A stretch of DNA of 32,000 bases, from contig NZ_CP080507.1 in assembly GCF_019464535.1 (NCBI RefSeq), positions 720,001 to 752,000 of the forward strand, written 5' to 3'. The notes beneath the pieces are model-generated. The model searched no databases and was not told the DNA's origin. It was given only the letters and a program-made list of their open reading frames with translations. The DNA is from Horticoccus luteus (lineage in GTDB: Bacteria > Verrucomicrobiota > Verrucomicrobiia > Opitutales > Opitutaceae). Positions 1 to 10,200 of this stretch are shown piece by piece (the stretch's first letter is position 1; each line of letters starts with the position of its first letter). A program made the position numbers and the translations under genes.

Positions 1-1395
<1,395 letters not shown>

Positions 1396-1531
1396 TGGGT
1401 CGGGCCCAAGTTGCCCGCGGCGATGCTCGCTCCGCTCCGCGCGATCTCGATGAGCTTTGGGATCGCGCGCGGTTCGCGCGTTCGGCGCGGTGCGAAACGG
1501 CGCGGACGCGAGGCGAATCCTCTGTGCAAAC

Positions 1532-1552
1532 ACCGCCCGCTTTGTTGGCGGT
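1532..1552 (-). terminator. Weak hairpin downstream of pgm (possible intrinsic terminator)
   Basis: ACCGCC (1532-1537) pairs with GGCGGT (1547-1552) around a 9-nt loop. On the minus strand it is followed by GUUUG only, so the U tract is short. It lies 36 nt after the pgm stop. Confidence 0.2.
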
Positions 1553-1587
1553 CGGGCGACGCAATCGTTCGGACGCGTGGGTTGAGG

Positions 1588-3231
1588 TTACATTTTAAGC
1601 GCGGCGTCGACGATCGTCTGGGCCTCGTGGAGAATTTGTTTCAAATGGGCTCGGTCGCGGAAGCTCTCGGCGTAAATTTTGTAGATGTCTTCGGTGCCGG
1701 AGGGTCGCGCGGCGAACCAGCCCTGCGCGGTCTGCACTTTGACGCCACCGAGCGCGGCGTGGTTGCCCGGCGCGTGAGTCTGTACGCTCGCGATTTTTTC
1801 GCCCGCGAGTTCGGTGAGCGTGATTTGCTCCGCCGACAGGTTCGCCAGCGCCGCTTTCTGTGACGGCGTTGCGGCTGCCTCCACACGATCGTAAACGGGC
1901 TCGCCGAACTCCCGCGTCAGGCCGCGATATAGTTCGCCCGGATTTTGTCCGGTCCGTGCGGTGATCTCGGCGGCGAGCAAACACGGGATGAAGCCATCCT
2001 TGTCGGTCGTCCACACCGAGCCATCGCGCCGGAGAAACGCGGCGCCCGCACTCTCTTCGCCGACAAACCCGAGCGCGCCGTCGAGCAGACCGTCCACGAA
2101 CCACTTGAATCCGACGGGGACCTCGTAAAGTTTTCGACCGAGCTGGGCAGTGACGCGGTCGATCATCGCGCTGCTGACGACGGTTTTGCCGACGGCTGCT
2201 TGCGCGCTCCACTCGGGACGAGTTTTAAATAGTTGGGAGATGGCGACGGCGAGGTAGTGATTGGGCGGGAGAAGCCCGTCGCTCGGCGTGACGATGCCGT
2301 GCCGGTCATGGTCCGTATCGCACGCGAACGACAGGTCGAAGCGGTCTTTCATGCCGATGAGCCGCGCCATCGCATACGGCGACGAAGGGTCCATCCGAAT
2401 CTGGCCGTCCCAATCTACCGTCATGAACCGGAAGGTGGGATCAACGACGTCGTTGACGACCGTGAGATCGAGTTGGTGGCGCTCCGCAATCCGCGCCCAG
2501 TAGTGGACGCCGGCGCCGCCGAGCGGATCGACGCCCAGCCGAAGCTTTGCGGCGCGAAGGAGATCCAGATCGACGACTGCGTCGAGGTCTTGGACGTAGG
2601 TATTGAGATAGTCGTGCCGATGCGTCGTGGCGGCGGTCAGGGCGCGTGCGTGGGGAATGCGCGGCACGGCGGAGACGCCGCTTTCGAGGAGCGCGTTCGC
2701 TTGGCGTTCAATCCACGCGGTGATCGTTTTGTCGGCGGGGCCGCCGTTGGGCGGATTATATTTGAAGCCGCCGTCGCGCGGGGGGTTGTGTGAGGGAGTG
2801 ATGACGATGCCGTCGGCGAGCCCGCTGTTTCGTCCGCGGTTGTAGGTCAGGATCGCGTGCGAAATAACCGGCGTGGGCGTATAGGTGTCGTTCTCGGGCA
2901 GCATGACGTCGACGCCGCGCGCAGCGAGCACCTCAAGCGCCGTCGCACCCGCAGGCGCGGACAACGCGTGGGTGTCGATGCCGAGGAAGAGCGGGCCGTC
3001 GATGCCATGTTGAGCGCGGTGGAGGCAGATGGCGTCCGTGATCGCCAGGATGTGGGCTTCGTTGAACGAAAGATCCAACGATGAGCCGCGGTGGCCGGAC
3101 GTGCCAAAGGCAACGCGTTGCGCCGGGATCGTCGGATCGGGCGCGCCGCTATGGTAAGCGGCCACGAGATGCGGCACATCGACCAAAATCGCGGACGGCG
3201 CCGGGTGGCCGGCGAGGGGACTGAGCTTCAC
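1588..3231 (-). CDS. pgm: Phosphoglucomutase (alpha-D-phosphohexomutase family)
   Basis: 547-aa ORF with a GTG start (cac on + strand at 3229-3231) and TAA stop (tta at 1588-1590). FGTSGHRGSS lies near the N-terminus, and the phosphoserine loop is TPSHNPP. Length and N-terminus resemble E. coli Pgm. Confidence 0.93.
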   Translation of the reverse strand: MKLSPLAGHPAPSAILVDVPHLVAAYHSGAPDPTIPAQRVAFGTSGHRGSSLDLSFNEAHILAITDAICLHRAQHGIDGPLFLGIDTHALSAPAGATALEVLAARGVDVMLPENDTYTPTPVISHAILTYNRGRNSGLADGIVITPSHNPPRDGGFKYNPPNGGPADKTITAWIERQANALLESGVSAVPRIPHARALTAATTHRHDYLNTYVQDLDAVVDLDLLRAAKLRLGVDPLGGAGVHYWARIAERHQLDLTVVNDVVDPTFRFMTVDWDGQIRMDPSSPYAMARLIGMKDRFDLSFACDTDHDRHGIVTPSDGLLPPNHYLAVAISQLFKTRPEWSAQAAVGKTVVSSAMIDRVTAQLGRKLYEVPVGFKWFVDGLLDGALGFVGEESAGAAFLRRDGSVWTTDKDGFIPCLLAAEITARTGQNPGELYRGLTREFGEPVYDRVEAAATPSQKAALANLSAEQITLTELAGEKIASVQTHAPGNHAALGGVKVQTAQGWFAARPSGTEDIYKIYAESFRDRAHLKQILHEAQTIVDAALKM

Positions 3232-3280
3232 GGGACTTGATCTGCAGCGGTGGGGATGGGCCGGATTCGGGCCGGGGTGC

Positions 3281-3682
3281 TCACGCCTCGTCGTTGTCGT
3301 TCGCCTTCGCCGCTTGGGCCGCTTGAAACATTTTATCCCGCTCCGCCTCGATGGCGCCTTCGTCCACGAGCTGCTCGGTCTCGCTGCGTCCCTCGCTGTC
3401 TTCGCCCTCGTTCACAGTTTCGAGCGCTTGGTGGCCGGGAGAGCCGGGCACGGGATCCCAGCGCATTGTCTCGGGGAGGGATTCAAGAATCACGTCCTGC
3501 CGATCGCGGTCGAATCCGTCCGCGAGTTCGCGTTTTGCGCGCAGGTAATCGGCTCGTGATACCGGACGACCGGCAATGCTCGCCAGCTCCTGCGTGCGCG
3601 CGTGGATCAAATCGCGGGTAACGGGGCCGATGCCCGTGGAGTTGTCGGTTAAAACACCTTTGTTGAGAGGATTGTGGGCCAT
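3281..3682 (-). CDS. Hypothetical small protein (133 aa) with acidic C-terminus; first gene of a probable operon with pgm
   Basis: The track ORF is 3281..3931. The internal ATG (cat at 3680-3682) has GGAG (ctcc at 3691-3694) 8 nt upstream. Third-position GC is about 80% inside 3281-3682 but falls to about 60% in 3781-3840. I recognise no family. Only 49 nt separate its stop from the pgm start. Confidence 0.6.
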   Translation of the reverse strand: MAHNPLNKGVLTDNSTGIGPVTRDLIHARTQELASIAGRPVSRADYLRAKRELADGFDRDRQDVILESLPETMRWDPVPGSPGHQALETVNEGEDSEGRSETEQLVDEGAIEAERDKMFQAAQAAKANDNDEA

Positions 3683-4219
3683 AAATGGGTCTCCAAAACA
3701 ACGGACACGAGGTTGAGTGTTTTCGCGGCTCAGGGATATCGGAGCGGGGCGGCGGGGGTGGCTGTGAATCTTGTCCGCGCCGCTCATCGAACAAAGATTA
3801 CGCGCAACGTCGGCGGGTTGCAATGGGGCCTTATCCGAGGCGGGAATTGTCTCTCTCCAGAGGACCGGCATCCGGTGAGGCCCGTCCGCGGATAGAGAGA
3901 AATGCGGGTCGCGCGCCAAACCTCGGTCCATTGGCGACGCCGGCCTGAGGCCAGGAAACGCAGGCTGCGCATTTTCCCTCGCGAGCGCGGTGGAGAGATC
4001 GGCCGCGCCGCCACCGGTGATGCGTTTATGAAGAAGGAAGGCGGACGGGAACGGCCCGCTCGCGCCCCGGTCGTGAAGTCAACAGTGGAACCAGCATGCA
4101 TTCACGTCGCGGTCGCAATTGAACACCAGCACTCGAATGTCCCCGTGGGACGTCTGACGGAGCGGACAAACGGTGCGCCGACATCGCGCTGAACAGCGGA
4201 GCGGTAGGTCGAAACGATC

Positions 4220-7200
4220 ATGCAATCCCTTTCACTCCGCTGGCAGAGCTTGATGAACCGGCAAGCGCGGCCGGAGAGCAGCCAGCCTCCTCTGCGGGCG
4301 GAGCTTTTCAGCGTCGAGCAACTCTCCCGCCACGCCCGCGCGCTGGCGAGCAGCCATCGTGTCTCTTCGGAACGCCGGACCAATCGCCTGCTGGCGCGTT
4401 TGCAGGAAAACGACCAAGGCCTGCGCGCATTTAACCGGTCGACCATCGCCGTCGATTCCGGCCGGCGGGTGACGCCGGCGGCGGAGTGGTTGCTCGATAA
4501 TTTCTATTTGATCGAGGAGCAGATTCAACTGGCCCAGCGGCATCTGCCGCGCGGTTACAGCCGGGAGCTGCCCTGTCTTTCAAACGGACCCTCGGCGGGA
4601 TTTCCGCGTGTTTACGATATCGTGCTGGAGTTGATTGCGCACGTTGATGCGCAGCTCGACGCCGGGTTGTTGCACGCGTTCGTGGCCGCTTACCAAGCGG
4701 AAGCGCCGTTGAAACTCGGCGAGCTCTGGGCGATCCCCATCATGCTGCGGTTGGGATTGATCGAAAATCTCCATCGCGTGACCAGCCGGCTCATTCTCGC
4801 GCGGGCCGATCGCGATCTGGCGGATTTCTGGGTGGATCGCTTGCAAGAGGTCGCCAACCAAAACCCGTCGCACCTCGTCATTGCGGTCGCGGATATGGCG
4901 AAGGCCGATCTGCCCGTCTCCAGCTCGTTCGTGGCGGAGTTCTGCCAACGCCTGTCGCGCCAGAGCCCGGTGTTGCATCTCGCGCGGAGCTGGCTCGAGC
5001 AGCGGCTCGCGGAATCAGGATTGTCCATTGCGCACCTGATCCACCTCGAGAGCCAAAGCCAGGCGGCTGATCAGGTGTCCGTCAGCCACAGTATTTCCAG
5101 TCTGCGGGCGCTGAGTGCGATGGACTGGAAGGACTTCGTGGAATCGTTGAGCGCGGTGGAGGCGGTCTTGCGCACCGACCCGGCGGGCGTTTACGCGACG
5201 ATGGATTTTGCGACGCGCGACCGCTACCGCCACGTGGTGGAGTCACTGGCGCGGCATGGACGATTGACGGAGACGGAGGTGGCGCGGAGCGCGGTTCAAC
5301 TGGCGACGGACCGGGCGCGGGAAACCGGGCGCGACGACCGTTCCGCGCATGTCGGTTATTATCTCATCGATCAAGGGAGCGCCGCGCTGGCGCGCCTGGC
5401 GAAGGTGCGCTGGCCTCGGCACGCGGCGGTGGAGCGAGCGATCCAGCGGTTTCCGCTCACGTTTTATGCGGGCGGCATCAGTGCGCTGACGATCCTCGCG
5501 CTGGCGTGGTATTGGCAGGTGGCGGCGCCGTCCGGCGTGGCGCAGTGGAAGCTCGTCGGCGGCCTGTTCATCTTTCTGCTGGCCGCAAGCCAACTGGCCG
5601 TGGCGTTGATGAACTGGTTCACCACGCTGCTGATTCTGCCGCAACGGCTGCCGCGTCTGGACTACTCGCACGGCCTGCCGCCCGATCTGCGCACGATGGT
5701 GGTGGTGCCGACCTTGCTCACCGACGCCGCCGGTGTCGACCAGTTGATCGAGACGCTGGAGATCCATCATCTTTCCAATCAGGACAAGCACCTGCACTTC
5801 GCGTTGTTGACGGATTTTGCCGATGCGGCGGAGGAAAACCAGCCGGGCGATGCCGCGCTTTTGCAGCGGGCGCGCGCGGGCGTCGACCAGCTCAATCAAA
5901 AATATTCCGCGGCGGCCGGCGATGTCTTCTTTCTCTTTCATCGACCGCGGCGATGGAATGCAGGGGAGGGCGCGTGGATGGGTTACGAGCGCAAACGGGG
6001 CAAGCTCGCCGAGTTCAACGCCGTGCTCCGCGGCCACGGGCGCGACCGGTTTTCGGTGATCGTGGGTGCGACCGAAATTCTGGGAGGAATCACGTATGTC
6101 ATCACGCTCGACACCGATACCCAGATGCCGCGCGACGCCGCGCGCCAGCTCGTCGGCACGATGGCGCATCCGTTAAACCGACCCGTTTTCGATCCCGTGC
6201 GCGGGATCGTGACCAAAGGCTACGGGATCCTGCAGCCGCGCGTGGGCGTGAGTCTGCCGAGTGCGCGACGCTCGTGGTTTGTGCGTTTGTTTGCCGGCGA
6301 TCCGGGCATCGATCCCTACACGCGCGAGGTGTCCGATATCTATCAGGATTTGTTTCACGAGGGCTCGTTCATCGGCAAAGGCATCTACGAAGTGGATGCG
6401 TTTGAGCGCGCGTTGCACGGGCGCTTCCCGGAAAACACCGTGCTTAGCCACGACTTGCTGGAATCCTGCCATGCGCGCTCCGCGCTCGTGAGCGATGTGG
6501 AATTTTACGAGGAGCATCCCTCGCGCTACAACGTGGACGTCGGCCGGCGTCACCGCTGGATTCGCGGTGACTGGCAGATTGCCCGCTGGCTTCTCTCGCG
6601 GGTGCCCGGCGCGGATTCCCGGAGTCTCGCGAATCCGCTTTCGGTGCTCTCGCAATGGAAGCTGCTCGACAACCTGCGCCGCAGTCTCGTCCCCGTGGCG
6701 TTGTTGCTGCTGATGTTGATGCCTCAACTCGGCGCTTTCGGGCCGCTGGTGGTGTTGGTGATCGTGGCGTTGCCGGCGGTGCTCTCGGCGATGGTCAGCG
6801 GCATCAACAAACCAAAGGACATGCCGTGGCGCCTGCATCTGCGAGGCATGGCCGGCTCGAGCAGCCGGCAGCTCGGCCAGATTTTTCTGACGCTGGCCTT
6901 CCTGCCCTACGATGCCTTGGTGAGCCTCGACGCCGTCGGGCGGACACTCGTGCGGCTGCTGGTGACGCGCCGGCGCCTCTTGGAATGGCGGACGGCCGGA
7001 GAGTCGGAGCGCGCGCGGCACGCCAGCCTGGCCCAGTTCTACGTCACGATGTGGATCGCGCCGGTCGTCGCGCTGGCCGCGATCGCGGTCTTGCTGACGC
7101 GGCAACGGGATCAACTGGCGCTGGCGATTCCGTGGCTGGGCGTGTGGTTTCTCGCCCCGTGGATTGCGTGGTGGATCAGCCAGCCGATTGCCACCGTGGC

Positions 7201-10200
7201 GCCGAAGCTGTCGAGCGGCCAGCTTGCGTTCCTGCGCCGCACCGCGCGGCAGACGTGGCATTTCTTCGAGACGTTCGTCACGGCGCAGGAAAACTGGCTG
7301 CCGCCGGATAACTTTCAGGAAGTGCCAGTGCCGACGATCGCATCGCGCACGTCACCGACGAACATCGGGCTGGCGTTGCTCGCCAATCTGTCGGCGGTGG
7401 ATCTGGGTTATCTGCCGGTGGGCGGTTTGTTGCGCCGCACGCAGGAGACGTTTGGCACGCTGGACCGGCTCGAGCGCTATCGCGGCCACTTCTACAACTG
7501 GTATGATACCCGCAGCCTCAAGCCGTTGCTGCCGCTCTATGTTTCCAGTGTGGACAGCGGTAATCTCGCGGGACACTTGCTGACGCTCGCCGCAGGATTG
7601 CGCGAGCTGCCCGAGGCCCGGATTTTCACGCCGCAGATCTTTGCGGGGTTGCACGACACCGCCATGGCGCTGCGCGAATTGGTGGGCGAAAATGCGGCGC
7701 TCGAAAAACTAGCGGCCGAGCTGGACCCGCCGCCGGAAACGTTGCGAGCCGCGCATGCGCTCCTGGAACGGGTGGCGAATCAAGCGACCGCGATCGCCGC
7801 CTCGCTGGCGAATGGGGCGGATGATGTGAAGGTCTGGAGCGCGGCGCTGCAGCGAAACTGTGCGGAGCACCTGGCGGATCTGCTGTGGCTCGCTCCGTGG
7901 CTGGCGTTGCCGACGCAAACGGCGGGCGGCGCGAGTGGTGGCTCGCTCGCGCATTTGGACGCCGCGCCGACCTTGCGGGAGCTCGCCGCGCTGGATCAAG
8001 CGCTGGAGACGTCGGTCGACGCGGGCGGAGACGGAGCAGAATTTCTCCGCTGCGTGCGCGAAGCCGGAGAACACGCCCGTGAACGACTGCGCGTGGCGGA
8101 AGCATTGGCCGGACAGAGCGAGGAATTCGCGGCGATGGATTTCTCGTTCGTTTTCAACCGCGTGCAGGATCTGTTCTGCACGGGTTTCAACGTCACCGAG
8201 CATCGCACCGAAACCGGTTTCTACGACCTGCTGGCGTCCGAGGCGCGGCTGGGGAGCTACGTGGCGATCGCGTTGGGCCAGGTGCCGCAAGATCACTGGT
8301 TTTCGATGGGGCGCCTGCTGGTGGCCAGCCGCGGTGAACCGCTGCTCGTTTCATGGAGCGGGTCGATGTTCGAATATCTGATGCCGCTGCTCGTGATGCC
8401 GAACTACGAGAACACGCTGCTCGACCACACGTGTCGCGCGGCGGTGCAGCAGCACATCGAGTATGGCGAGTTGCGCGGCGTGCCGTGGGGCATTTCGGAG
8501 TCGGGCTACAACCGGACCGACGTCCACATGAACTACCAATACCGCGCGTTTGGCGTGCCCGGTCTCGGTTTGAAGCGAGGGCTGGCGGAAGACCTGGTGA
8601 TCGCACCCTACGCGACGGTCATGGCGTTGATGGTCGCGCCGGTGGCGGCCTGCAAAAACCTGCAACGCCTCGCCACCGATGGACGCGTGGGTCGTTATGG
8701 TTTCTACGAGGCGGTGGATTACACGCCGGCGCGTCTGCCGCCCGGCGAAACGAGCGTCACCATTTGCTCCTACATGGTGCACCATCAAGGCATGAGCCTG
8801 CTGGCGCTGGGGAATATGCTGCGGGGTTTTCCGATGCACCGACGTTTCATGTCGTGCCCTCCGCTCAAGGCGACGGAGCTGCTGCTGCAGGAACGCGTGC
8901 CCAAAACGGCGGCCGGCGTGCTGGCGGGCGATCTGCATTTGGAGGAAACGCGCGACGGAGCGGGCCAGACGGAAAACGTGATGCGGGTCTTCACCAATCC
9001 CAACCTGCCGGCGCCGGAAGTGCATTTGCTGTCCAACGGTCGTTACCACGTCGCCATCACCAGCGCCGGCGGCGGATACAGTCGCTGGCGGGATCTCGCG
9101 GTCACCCGCTGGCGAGAAGATGCGACGCGCGATTGCTGGGGCACATTTGTCTATTTGCGCGAGCCGGCGACGGGCGATCTTTGGTCCGCCGCGTATCAAC
9201 CGACGTTGCGCGGGGCGAAGGAAGACGAGGCGATCTTTTCCCAAGCGCGGGCGGAATTCCGGCAGCATCGCCACGGTCTCGAAATCCACTCGGAGATCAG
9301 CGTGTCACCGGAGGACGATGTGGAACTGCGGCGGATCAAGATCACCAATCGCACGCGCGCGGCGCGCGTCATCGAGGTGACGAGCTACGCGGAGGTGGTG
9401 CTCGCGCCGGCCGCGGCGGACGCCGCCCATCCGGCGTTCAGCAATCTGTTTGTGCAAACTGAGTTTGTCGCAAAATCGTCCGCGCTGCTGTGCACCCGGC
9501 GTCCGCGCACGGCGGACGAAAAGCCGCCGTGGCTGGTGCATCTCGTGGCGGGAGCGGATGGCGGAGCTGGCGACGTTTCCTGTGAAACTGACCGCGCACG
9601 GTTCATCGGCCGCAACGGAACCCTCGTCAACCCGGCCGCCCTGCAAGGCAACGCGCCGTTGTCCAACACGGTCGGCTCCGTGCTCGATCCGATCGTGGCG
9701 CTGCGCCGCTTGGTGTCGGTGCCAGCGAACGAGGCCGTCGTGATCGATTTTGTGCTCGGCGTCGCCGAGACCCGGGAAGCCGCGCTCGCGCAGGTGGAAA
9801 AATACCAAAGCCCGCGCATGGCCGACCGCGCTTTCGACCTCGCCTGGACGCACAGCCAGGTGACGTTGCGCCAGCTCAACATCACGGAGGGCGAGGCGCA
9901 GCTTTACGGGCGTCTCGCCGGCGCGCTGATCTACGCCAACCCCGCCCGCCGCGCGAATGCCGGAACGTTGCGCAGCAATCGTCGCGGCCAGAGCGGTCTG
10001 TGGAGCTACGGCATTTCCGGCGATGTGCCGCTCGTCCTGCTCAGCATCGGCGACACGACGAAAATCGAAATCGTCCGCCAGGTGATCCAAGCCCACGCTT
10101 ACTGGCGGGCGAAAGGGCTGGCCGTCGAGCTGATGATCTTAAACGAGGACGTCTCCGTGTACCGGCAGACGTTGCACGATCAGATCACCGGGCTCATCAC

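Noticed and set aside
3683-3931. Longer 216-aa version of the small ORF upstream of pgm
   Set aside because: The internal ATG at 3682 has the SD. The extension has an implausible sequence and no consistent GC3 signal: 80% in one 60-nt sample (3721-3780) but 60% in the next (3781-3840).
3935-3975. GGCCUGAGGCCAGGAAACGCAGGC, superficially like the SRP RNA domain IV GGAA-loop region
   Set aside because: The conserved symmetric and asymmetric loop sequences and the flanking long helix are absent on both strands.
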